A program made the position numbers and the translations under genes. The notes below the pieces were generated by a model, which did not search any database, was not told the origin of the DNA, and worked only from the letters and a program-made list of their open reading frames with translations. From Capsulimonadaceae bacterium (GTDB lineage: Bacteria; Armatimonadota; Armatimonadia; Armatimonadales; Capsulimonadaceae), in assembly GCA_965215505.1 (NCBI GenBank), contig OZ244065.1, positions 3,360,001 through 3,424,000 on the forward strand: a stretch of DNA of 64,000 bases, written 5' to 3'. This document shows positions 54,717 through 63,297 of this stretch, piece by piece (the stretch's first letter is position 1; every line of letters begins with the position of its first letter).

Positions 54717-54873
54717 CGAGTGATTGAAATCACTCGCTCCGTTCGGATTTGTCCAGGGGACAAGGGAACAGGACAAAGCCGCTCTGACCGTCTTCTGTCC
54801 TTCCCCTCTTCTGTCCTTCCCCTCTCCTGTCCCCTGGACAGGTCCAGAGTCAGCGAGTGATTTCAATCACTCG
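54717..54873. repeat. Nested palindromic doublet, family A, with an internal 16-bp duplication
   Basis: Consensus architecture; TCTTCTGTCCTTCCCC x2 at 54791-54822. Confidence 0.92.
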
Positions 54874-55013
54874 TCCTAATTCTCACCCCGGCTTGTCCAG
54901 CGTTGCCGCAGAGGACCCAGCCGGAAAGTGGCCGGGAGTGGCCGGAAGATGGCCGGAATAGAGGCGATCGCTCTTCTCAGATCATCGCAAAGCACACATA
55001 GGGAGTATTTTAG

Positions 55014-56117
55014 TTGAAAGTCGGCCTCATCGGCTTGCCCAAATCCGGCAAGACCACCCTGTTTAACGCCCTCACGCGCGGCGATTCCAGCCCCGCAGGC
55101 GGCGGCTCGTCCGCCCTCGTCAGCGTAGTGCCCGTTCCGGACACACGCTATGACTTCGCCGTCGCCCTGTTCCACCCGAAGAAGCGCACCCAGGCGACCA
55201 TCGAATTCACCGACGGCGCGGCCCAGCTCTCCGGCGAAGGGGGGAAGTCCACGCAGAAGTTCGGCGCGGACTTCTTCGTCGGCATCCGCTCCGTGGACGC
55301 CCTCGTCCTGGTCGTCCGCGCCTTCGAGACGCCCTCCCTCCCCCCGCCGCCGGGGGGATTGGACCCGCTGAAGGAGTACCAGGCGATCACCGAGGAGTTG
55401 CTGCTGGGTGACCTGTCCGTCATCGAGACCCGGCTGGAGCGCATCGAGAAGCAGCTCAAGACCCGCAAGCAGGGCGTCCCCAGCCCCGAGGTCGCCGAGC
55501 GCGAGACGCTGCTCAAAATCAAAGCCGTCCTGGACGACTTCAAACCCGTCTCCAGCGTGGACCTCGACGACGACGAGCGCAAGATGGTCCGGAACTTCGA
55601 CTTCCTGACCGGCAAGCCGCTGATCGCCGTGGCGAACCTGGGGGAAGGCGACATCGCGCAGGCCGACACTTTGGCCCTGCTTCAGCCGCTGCGCGAGCAG
55701 TGCGGGCACGAGGGCGTCGCGCTCATCCCCCTGTGCGCCGCCGCCGAGGAGGAGGTCGCCATGCTCGACGAGGCCGACCAGCGCGAGTTCCTGGACGACC
55801 TGGGCATCCAGGAACCCGCCCGCGACCGGCTGATCCGGGCGGCCTACGAGGCTCTGGGCGTCCAGTCCTTCTTCACGGTTGGCGAGGACGAGGTGCGCGC
55901 CTGGACCGTACCCGTTGGGGCCTCCGCGCTGACGGCAGCGGGCCGCATCCACTCGGACCTCGCCCGCGGCTTCATCCGGGCCGAGGTGCTCGCCTTCGCC
56001 GACCTGATCGCGGCGGGGACCTGGGAGGCGGCCAAGGCCGCCGGCAAGCCGCGCCTGGAAGGCAAGGACTACCCCGTCAAGGACGGCGACATCCTGAACA
56101 TCCGGTTCAAGGTGTAG
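55014..56117 (+). CDS. ychF: YchF/Obg-family ribosome-binding ATPase with atypical G motifs
   Basis: 'GLIGLPKSGKTTLFNALT', 'VPVPD.R', 'FFTVGEDEVRAWT', TGS/DUF933 'AG.IHSDLARGFIRAEV...RLEGKDY.VKDGD'. Confidence 0.85.
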   Translation: MKVGLIGLPKSGKTTLFNALTRGDSSPAGGGSSALVSVVPVPDTRYDFAVALFHPKKRTQATIEFTDGAAQLSGEGGKSTQKFGADFFVGIRSVDALVLVVRAFETPSLPPPPGGLDPLKEYQAITEELLLGDLSVIETRLERIEKQLKTRKQGVPSPEVAERETLLKIKAVLDDFKPVSSVDLDDDERKMVRNFDFLTGKPLIAVANLGEGDIAQADTLALLQPLREQCGHEGVALIPLCAAAEEEVAMLDEADQREFLDDLGIQEPARDRLIRAAYEALGVQSFFTVGEDEVRAWTVPVGASALTAAGRIHSDLARGFIRAEVLAFADLIAAGTWEAAKAAGKPRLEGKDYPVKDGDILNIRFKV

Positions 56118-56143
56118 GCCCACGCGCCCTCTGATTGACACCC

Positions 56144-56167
56144 GTAGGGGCGGGGTCCCCCCGCCCT
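56144..56167 (+). repeat. GTAG-type REP
   Basis: GTAGGGGCGGGGTCCCCCCGCCCT between ychF and the mcrB-like gene. Confidence 0.75.
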
Positions 56168-56221
56168 CATGCCCGATCTCATTTCTCCCGCCCCTTTCCT
56201 GACCTTCCCGAAGGCTCACAC

Positions 56222-58750
56222 ATGAACAAATCCGAGTATTACGCCGTTGCCTATAAATCCGGCTCCAAGCCGAACAGCCCCTACGCCGGGACCGTCCGGC
56301 CCGTGATCGTTGAGTCGGTAGAGCGCGTCGAGGAGGCGAACCCCGAAGACTTCCCCAACAGCGGCGATATCTTTGTGATCGGCGGTTACGACACCTCCCT
56401 CAAGCGCTTCTCCGAGAGTGACCTGTTCCGCATCCCCTACCGCGTCAACACGCAGATGGGCCAGGACACCGGCCACCGGTACTACTGCGGGTGGGTCGCC
56501 CACGCCGACGACGCCGAAGGGTTGGAGCGGTACGAGTACCTGCACGTCGTGGACGCCGAGTTTGACGTGAACGACCGCCTGTTGAGCCTCCCCTACAAGC
56601 CCGAGCGATTGATCCTCCTCCGGTCCCACGCCGACGGCGCGCTGTACGGGCCGTTCGACTATGACACGCCGCTGCTCTCGGAGAGCGAGGCGTATGACGT
56701 CTTCCTGAAGCCCTACGGCGGCCTGGCCCGCTCGGGAGTGCCCGATTACCACGTCCTCCGCTTCCCCGCCTCCGAGTTCAACACCATCGAGTTCGGTCAG
56801 CAGGTCCTTCTGCTGGGGGAAGTCAAAGACATTTTAGAGTGCGACTACCAGGCGGTTGACTACATCCCCGAAGAGCAATTGCTGAAGATCGGGAACACAC
56901 TGCTCCAGGAAGACAAAAAGCTGAACAAGCAGCAGGTCCTCGCCTTCCGCACCGCCCTCGCCGAGTTCACCGAGACCAACAGCCAGTTCGACGGCCACCG
57001 CCGCGACCGCCTGCTCGGGCTGGTGGATCGGCTGGACTACTGGACCTCGCAAAGCTCCGGCCTGATCAACGACTTCCTCAAAACCGCCGAAGGGCAGGCC
57101 AAGGTCCAGCAGCACATCATGGACAACGAGGCCGACTTCCTGGGCATGGCCGAGCGGATTGCCCAGAAGGAGCTGAAGGAGCCGCGCCAGCGGCTGGAAG
57201 CCGACATCGCCCGGCTGGGCGAGCAGCGACTCCACCTTGAAGCCAGCGTCCGGGACCTCGAAGTCGAGGCCAAGAAGACCCGCGAGGAGCTTCGGAAGAA
57301 GCAGGAGGCCGAGCTGACCGAGGCCATTTCGGGCCTGCAAGCCGAACTGGCGGCCCAGCAGGCCCTGCTGGCGGCCAAGAAGGGCGAGGTCGCCGCCGTC
57401 CTGGCCTCGCTGGGCATCGCCACCGAGATCCAGGACTTGAAAGAAGAAAAGGAGCGCTGGGCCTCAGCCAACGAGCGCCAGCGCGAGGACAGCCGCCGGC
57501 TCGGCGCAGTCCGCGAGAAGCTGATTGAGGAGATCAAAGCCGGTGACGAGGCCCACCGCGAGACACTCCTGCGAGTCGCTTTAGAGAACAAGCCCTATCT
57601 TGACCTCCTGAACGGCATCGCCCCGGTCTTTGAAGAGAGCGCGCCGCCCGCACTCAGGGCCGTCCGAAAGCGCGAGGACCTGCCCACGGCGGTCGGGCTG
57701 GTCGAGGAGGTCCGCTGCAAGCTCCTGGCCCGCTACGGCCGCTCCTGCCGCTTTGAGGACATCGCGAACTTCCTGGTCTGCGTGGACCAGAACTTCCTCG
57801 TCGTCCTGGCCGGCCTGCCCGGCGTCGGCAAGACTTCCCTCGTCACCAGCCTCGCGTCCGTCCTGGGCCTGGGCGCGCAGGACCGGTTTTTGCTCATCCC
57901 GACCGCCCGAGGCTTCACCTCCCAGCGGGACGTGGTCGGCTTTTACAACCCCCTGTCGCAGAAGTTCCAGCCCGCCGCGACCGGCTTGTATGAGGTTTTA
58001 CGGGAGAATCAGGACGCGGGCCACGCCGCCTTTCCCTATTGGGTGTTGCTGGACGAGGCCAACCTCAGCCCGATGGAACACTACTTCTCGTCGTTCCTGG
58101 GCATGTGCGACCCCGAGGTGCCGCGCGAGATCAAGACCGGCGAGCCGGGCCACGCGGGGGTCCTGGCCGTTCCGGACTCGATGCGCTTCCTCGCCACGAT
58201 CAACTACGACAACACGACCGAGCCGCTTTCCCCGCGCATGATCGACCGCGTCCCGATCATCGGCATCCAGCCGCCCGACGAGATGGAGGCGATGCCCGCG
58301 CCCGCCCCGGCCGCCCCCGAGCCGCTGCTGTCCTACCGCGACCTGCGCGCCGCCCTGCTGCCCGCCGAGGGCGGCGACGTGACCGGCGACTTGTCGGACG
58401 AGGAGCATCGCATCCTGGCGAAGATCAAAGAGGCCCTGGGCGGACCCGACCCGGCCAAGGGCATCCCGACCCTCGTCAGCCCCCGCAAGACCAAAGCCAT
58501 CCGGTCATACTGCGCCGCCGCCCGCCGCCTGATGCGCGGCGCGGACGGGTCCGGCTTCGCGCTCACCGCCCTGGACTACGCCGTCTGCCAGAACATCCTG
58601 CCGCTCATCAACGGCTACGGCGAGAAGTACCGCCGCCGCCTGGAGGACCTCGCCGCCGCCGTCCGGCCCCTGGACCGCTCGCGCTCCCTGCTCGACTACA
58701 TCCTGCGGGCCGGCGACGACGAGCAGAAGTTCTACCGGTACTTCAGCTAG
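56222..58750 (+). CDS. McrB-like AAA+ GTPase (NxD variant) with long coiled coil and unassigned N-terminal domain
   Basis: Walker A 'GLPGVGKT', Walker B 'LLDEANLS.MEHYFS', 'ATINYD.TT..LSPR.IDR'; heptad-rich stretch at about 57150-57560; ATG 56222. Confidence 0.88.
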   Translation: MNKSEYYAVAYKSGSKPNSPYAGTVRPVIVESVERVEEANPEDFPNSGDIFVIGGYDTSLKRFSESDLFRIPYRVNTQMGQDTGHRYYCGWVAHADDAEGLERYEYLHVVDAEFDVNDRLLSLPYKPERLILLRSHADGALYGPFDYDTPLLSESEAYDVFLKPYGGLARSGVPDYHVLRFPASEFNTIEFGQQVLLLGEVKDILECDYQAVDYIPEEQLLKIGNTLLQEDKKLNKQQVLAFRTALAEFTETNSQFDGHRRDRLLGLVDRLDYWTSQSSGLINDFLKTAEGQAKVQQHIMDNEADFLGMAERIAQKELKEPRQRLEADIARLGEQRLHLEASVRDLEVEAKKTREELRKKQEAELTEAISGLQAELAAQQALLAAKKGEVAAVLASLGIATEIQDLKEEKERWASANERQREDSRRLGAVREKLIEEIKAGDEAHRETLLRVALENKPYLDLLNGIAPVFEESAPPALRAVRKREDLPTAVGLVEEVRCKLLARYGRSCRFEDIANFLVCVDQNFLVVLAGLPGVGKTSLVTSLASVLGLGAQDRFLLIPTARGFTSQRDVVGFYNPLSQKFQPAATGLYEVLRENQDAGHAAFPYWVLLDEANLSPMEHYFSSFLGMCDPEVPREIKTGEPGHAGVLAVPDSMRFLATINYDNTTEPLSPRMIDRVPIIGIQPPDEMEAMPAPAPAAPEPLLSYRDLRAALLPAEGGDVTGDLSDEEHRILAKIKEALGGPDPAKGIPTLVSPRKTKAIRSYCAAARRLMRGADGSGFALTALDYAVCQNILPLINGYGEKYRRRLEDLAAAVRPLDRSRSLLDYILRAGDDEQKFYRYFS

Positions 58751-58771
58751 AAGGGGAAGAGTAGAGGCGGA

Positions 58772-58905
58772 CGAGTGATTGAAATCACTCGCTTCGGCAA
58801 GATTTGTCCAAGGGACAAGCGGAGGGGACGGGTCGCTGCGGGCTATTCCTGTCCTTCTTCTGTCCCCTGGACAGGTCTTACTCAGCGAGTGATTTCAATC
58901 ACTCG
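58772..58905. repeat. Nested palindromic doublet, family A
   Basis: Consensus architecture, located between the mcrB-like and mcrC-like genes. Confidence 0.92.
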
Positions 58906-58965
58906 TCCGAACGCACGGCCACCCGCGCGACAGGCAACAGCGACCGACCCGCACACCAGACCACA

Positions 58966-60912
58966 ATGACCGAGTCACTAACATTATCGCTCGTCCGCCG
59001 CGCCCGCTCCGCCGACGGCCGTGACCCCGCCGAGCCGCTGGACCTCGCCGACGTGCCGGACACCGACCCGCCCGCCGTCCGCGTCACCGAGGACGAACCC
59101 GTCGAGTTCGTCCTGCGCTGCGCGGGGGACGTCCGGCCGCGCCTGTACGTCCAGGACGTGGAGCTTGACCCGCCCTTCCGGCAGATGCGCGGCGACACCT
59201 ACGAGTACTGGTGGGAGCCGCACCCCGGCGGGCCGGGCTGGTTCCTCAACCATTTCGGCTACTGCATCCTGACCGTCGAGTTCCAGGCCGGCCCCGACCG
59301 GGCCGAGTCCCTCTGCTATGCCGCCGTGGAGGTCTTCGCCCGCAAGCCCAACGCCGAGCGGGCCGAACGGATTCTGGACTACCTCGAAAGCCGCATGGAG
59401 GACGTCAGCCGCTCCTGCTTTGCTACCACTCATCCCGGTGCCGCCCACCCGGTCGCGGGCCAGGACGGCGAAGCCTTGCGGAGCGGCGACATCCCCGCCT
59501 CCGCCTTGCTCCAGGCCATCGCCGGCCACCTCGAAACCTTCGCCGCCCAGGCACCCCGGTTCCGCTACCGCAAGCGCTGCCGGCTCGCCCCGACCCCGAC
59601 GCGCATCAAGGCGTCGTCGGCCGCGAACCTCACCGAACACTCGGTCCACTGGGCTTTGACGCACCTGGACGCCCTGATGCCGGTCGGTGCCCCGACGCCG
59701 CACAGCATCGCCGTCGGGGGCCGGTTCTACGAGTTGGACGAGATCGAAACCTATGCGCTCTCCGAGGTGACGGACGTCTACGAGAACCAGGTCATCGCGG
59801 GCTACCTGGAGGGCATCGCCGCCCGCCTGTCCGACATCGAGACGTTCTGCCTCCGCCAGCTCCAGGCCCTGGAGAGCGAGGGCTTCATCGCCCAGGTCCC
59901 GCCCGGCTACGGCAGCATCTTCGACATCAAGCGCAAGGTGGGCCGTAGGCGCTTCGGCAAGCTGCTGGCCGAGTGCTACGCCTTGCAGCGCGAGGCCGCC
60001 GACCAGGCCGCCTTCTGGCGCAAGCACCTCCCGGTCACGCGGACGGTCCGGGAAATGCCCACCGTCACCCCCGGCTTCCTGGCCTCCCCCCACTACCACC
60101 AGGCCTTCCGCCGGGTCGTGGACTGGCACGGGCTGGGCCGGCTGAACCTCTCGGGCGAGCGGTTCCTGTACGGCCTGCGGACGATAGACCGGCTGTACGA
60201 GTTCTACTGCCTGTTCCGGCTGGTCGAAACCCTGCGCGAGTCCGGCTGGGAGCCGGCGGGCCAGCAGAGGCGGCCCCCCGCCGCCCACGCGCGCCCCGGC
60301 CTGGATTGGGACGCGCGCCCCGACGACATCTACGTCTTCTCCAACCGCGCGGGCGAGCGCATCACGCTCTTCTATGAGCCGCAGATCGAAAGGACTCTGA
60401 ACGGTGCGCTGGGCCTGGTCCGGACGATGGTGGGCGGGCCGGGCTTCCTGCCCGACTTCGTCCTCAAGTTCGAGCCGTCCGGGTCCGAGCCGTCCGGGCC
60501 TGGGTCGCCCTCGTACCTGATCTTGGACGCCAAATACGTCTCGCCCTACCTCGCCCTGAACTTCGAAGGGTCGCGCTCCGAGCTGTCCAAGATCACGATG
60601 AAGTACCTGCACGGCGTCGGTGCGGCCGGCGGCGGCCGGTCCCCCGTCCAGGGCATCTTCGTCCTGCACCCGCAGGACTTCCGCGCCGCCGCGCCCGGCT
60701 CCTCGTACCGCCCCTACCACGCACCCGGCTTCGGCCTCTTCTCCAAAACCCCCGCCCTCCCGATGCTGGCCGCCCTGGAGCTGACGCCGGGCGAGGGGGA
60801 ACAGGACGGGTACGGACCGGAGGGGGAGGGGCCGGAGGGGGAAGGGCCGGAGTCGGGCGACGCCGACCTGCGCCGCGTGCTGGGCCGCGCGTTGGAGTTG
60901 CTGCGTGGGTGA
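58966..60912 (+). CDS. McrC-like DUF2357 / PD-(D/E)xK nuclease
   Basis: Beta-rich N-terminus ending 'F.NHFG...L.V...VEV.ARK'; 'DVYENQVI..YL'; 'F..SPHY'; 'LYEFYCL'; 'LPDFVL...ILDAKY'; ATG 58966. Confidence 0.85.
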   Translation: MTESLTLSLVRRARSADGRDPAEPLDLADVPDTDPPAVRVTEDEPVEFVLRCAGDVRPRLYVQDVELDPPFRQMRGDTYEYWWEPHPGGPGWFLNHFGYCILTVEFQAGPDRAESLCYAAVEVFARKPNAERAERILDYLESRMEDVSRSCFATTHPGAAHPVAGQDGEALRSGDIPASALLQAIAGHLETFAAQAPRFRYRKRCRLAPTPTRIKASSAANLTEHSVHWALTHLDALMPVGAPTPHSIAVGGRFYELDEIETYALSEVTDVYENQVIAGYLEGIAARLSDIETFCLRQLQALESEGFIAQVPPGYGSIFDIKRKVGRRRFGKLLAECYALQREAADQAAFWRKHLPVTRTVREMPTVTPGFLASPHYHQAFRRVVDWHGLGRLNLSGERFLYGLRTIDRLYEFYCLFRLVETLRESGWEPAGQQRRPPAAHARPGLDWDARPDDIYVFSNRAGERITLFYEPQIERTLNGALGLVRTMVGGPGFLPDFVLKFEPSGSEPSGPGSPSYLILDAKYVSPYLALNFEGSRSELSKITMKYLHGVGAAGGGRSPVQGIFVLHPQDFRAAAPGSSYRPYHAPGFGLFSKTPALPMLAALELTPGEGEQDGYGPEGEGPEGEGPESGDADLRRVLGRALELLRG

Positions 60913-60933
60913 GGGCGGCTGGGACAAGTAGGA

Positions 60934-61082
60934 CGAGTCATTGGAAATCACTCGCTGAGGGGGACCTGTCCAGGGGACAGTAAACAGGCTTGCGCCACAG
61001 CAAACGGCAAACACGGCCGGGCCGTTCCCCTCTTCTGTCCCCTGGACAGGTCCGGCGGGAGCGAGTGATTTCCAATCACTCG
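60934..61082. repeat. Nested palindromic doublet, family A (both arms carry a +1 loop variant)
   Basis: CGAGTCATTGGAAATCACTCG ... CGAGTGATTTCCAATCACTCG with both inner hairpins. Confidence 0.9.
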
Positions 61083-61171
61083 TCTTAATCCCGCTTTGTC
61101 CCCGCCCGCACATCTGTCACCCTCCCCCCATCCCGGCAGGACTCTCTCCATCCCGCGCCGAACAGTCCCCC

Positions 61172-63283
61172 ATGAGCCTCCCCGCACTCAACCCGTTCAC
61201 GGCGAGCCGGACCGCCGGCCCGGCCCTCCTGCCCGCCCTCATCGGCATCCTGCTGTTCTCACTCGTCAGCCTGCTGCTCACCGTCGTCCTGCCCACCCGC
61301 TCCACCCGCGCCGCCGTCATCCTGGACGTCTGCGCCACGATCATCGCCATCGTCATCGCCCCCTTCGTCATGCGGACCGTGGACCAGATGCAGCAGCGCG
61401 TCACGCGCCAGAACAACGAGCTGCGGTCACTCCACGCCATCGACCGCGCCATCAGCGGGACCCTGGAGCTTCAGACCATCCTCAGCGTCGCCGTCAAGGA
61501 GGTCACGCTGTCCGTGGACGGCGAGTTCGGCGCGCTCTGGCTGCTCGACGAGAATGGCGGCTGGGCCAAACCCGCCGCCTCCGCCTTCTACAACCTGACG
61601 CCCGGCATGCAGATCGCCCTCACCCAGCGGCTCGGCACCGGCATCCCCGACCTCACCCGACGCACCGGAGTCGTCCAGCGGCGGCACGGGCTGGACGAGA
61701 CCTGGAAGACCGACCGCGCCGCCGCCGCCCTCAAGATGCGGAGCGAGATCGTCGTCCCGATCACCCAGGGCGAGACCGTGCTGGGCTTGGTCCAGGTCGG
61801 CAACCGGGGCGGGTCCCTTTCGCCCCTGTCCGGCTTCACCGAGGACGACGAGAACCTGCTCGGCGACATCGGCGCGACCATCTCCGTCGCCGTCCAGCAC
61901 GCCCAGCTTTATCAGAAGACCCTCCAGCGCGACGCGGTCCTGCGCGGCCTCATCGCCCGGACGGGGGACGCCATCTCGGCCTCCTCCGACGCCCCCCTGC
62001 TCATGCAGATCCTGGCCGACGACGCCGCCCGCATCCTCGGCTGCCGCCGCGTTGCCGTTTACGCCTACGCCGAGGAACACGCGCGGTTTGACCCCCTTGC
62101 CGCGCACGAGGACGGGGCCGGGCACGACGAAACCGGCAAAAGCCGCGCCCTGCTCCAGTCCTTCCACGACCACCCCCTGCCCCTCGCCCTCGCCGCCCTG
62201 CCCGATGCGCTCACCGCCCCGCCCGCCGCCCCGGCGGGCGCCGCCGCAGGCCCCAATGCCGGCTCCAACACCGGCGACCTGCCTTCGCGCTACGTCCAGA
62301 ACGCCCCGACGGCCCTGGGCCTGGACGTAAAAGACGCGCCTTTCCTCAACAGCCCCGGCTACGTCTTCGTCCTGCGCGCGCGCGACCGGCGCGGCATCGG
62401 CCTGCTCTGCCTCCTGGATGCCGCCCCGCACCTGCGCCAGCCGGACGCCGCCGGGTTCGCCCGCGCCCTCGCCGCCCAGGCCGCCGTCACCCTGGAGAAC
62501 GCCCGCCTGTTCCGCGAACTGGAGGCTGCTTACCACCGTGAGCGGCTGATCGCCGGGCAGTTCCAGGAGAGCCTGCTCCCACTCGTCCCCGCCGGGGCCG
62601 AGGACTCCGTCGAGTTCGCCTGGAAGTACCAGGCCGCGCTCGACGAGTCGTTCATCGGGGGCGACTTCTACGACCTGTTCCCGCTGGGCGAACACCGGCG
62701 CGGCGTGGTCATGGCCGACGTGTCCGGCAAGGGCCTGAAAGCCGCCGTCCAGACCGCTATGCTCAAGTACACCCTGCGCGGCTTCGCCCTCGAGACCCCC
62801 GACGACCCCGCCCGCGTCCTCGCCCGCGTCAACGACGTTCTGTGCAGCCCCATGAGCAGCCACGACGGCTTCGTCACCCTCTTCTACGGCGTCCTGGACA
62901 CGCAGACCGGCGCACTGACCTACGCGAACGCCGGCCACGAGCCGCCCCTGCTGCGCGAAGCCGCCACGGGCACCGTCCGCCCGCTTCCCTCCTGCGATGG
63001 GCTGGCCTTCGGTGCCCTGGGCGGCGTCACCTACGAGGAGTGCCGCGCCGCCCTCGCGCCGGGCGATCTGCTGCTCCTGTACACCGACGGCCTGACCGAA
63101 GCCCGCGCCGAGGACGGCTCCTTCCTCGAACTCGAAGGCCTGGCCGCCCTCCTGCCCCGCGCCGATGTCTCCGCCGCCGAATGCATCCGCGCCGTCTATG
63201 CCGGCGTCTCCGCCTTCGCCGGCGACGTCCGCCGCGACGACGTCGCCATGCTCGCCCTGCACCGCCTGCCGACGCCTGCCTGA
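61172..63283 (+). CDS. Membrane-anchored GAF-GAF SpoIIE/RsbU-type PP2C phosphatase
   Basis: Two TM helices, two GAF-like segments, 'IGGDFYD', 'ADVSGKGL.AA', 'NAGHEPP', 'YTDGLTEAR', 'DDVAML'. Confidence 0.92.
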   Translation: MSLPALNPFTASRTAGPALLPALIGILLFSLVSLLLTVVLPTRSTRAAVILDVCATIIAIVIAPFVMRTVDQMQQRVTRQNNELRSLHAIDRAISGTLELQTILSVAVKEVTLSVDGEFGALWLLDENGGWAKPAASAFYNLTPGMQIALTQRLGTGIPDLTRRTGVVQRRHGLDETWKTDRAAAALKMRSEIVVPITQGETVLGLVQVGNRGGSLSPLSGFTEDDENLLGDIGATISVAVQHAQLYQKTLQRDAVLRGLIARTGDAISASSDAPLLMQILADDAARILGCRRVAVYAYAEEHARFDPLAAHEDGAGHDETGKSRALLQSFHDHPLPLALAALPDALTAPPAAPAGAAAGPNAGSNTGDLPSRYVQNAPTALGLDVKDAPFLNSPGYVFVLRARDRRGIGLLCLLDAAPHLRQPDAAGFARALAAQAAVTLENARLFRELEAAYHRERLIAGQFQESLLPLVPAGAEDSVEFAWKYQAALDESFIGGDFYDLFPLGEHRRGVVMADVSGKGLKAAVQTAMLKYTLRGFALETPDDPARVLARVNDVLCSPMSSHDGFVTLFYGVLDTQTGALTYANAGHEPPLLREAATGTVRPLPSCDGLAFGALGGVTYEECRAALAPGDLLLLYTDGLTEARAEDGSFLELEGLAALLPRADVSAAECIRAVYAGVSAFAGDVRRDDVAMLALHRLPTPA

Positions 63284-63297
63284 CGCCGAGGAAAACT

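Noticed and set aside
26958-58969. N-terminal extensions such as MISITRP, MIEITR, MVFNHS and MVENHS in the ORF track
   Set aside because: They are translations of the palindromic elements; downstream ATGs, several with ribosome-binding sites (27003, 34375, 37064, 39630, 58966), are more plausible starts.
26844-61082. Family A doublets as integron attC sites or dispersed CRISPR units
   Set aside because: No RYYYAAC/GTTRRRY ends and no integrase; flanked genes include housekeeping genes in both orientations; the repeats are inverted rather than direct.
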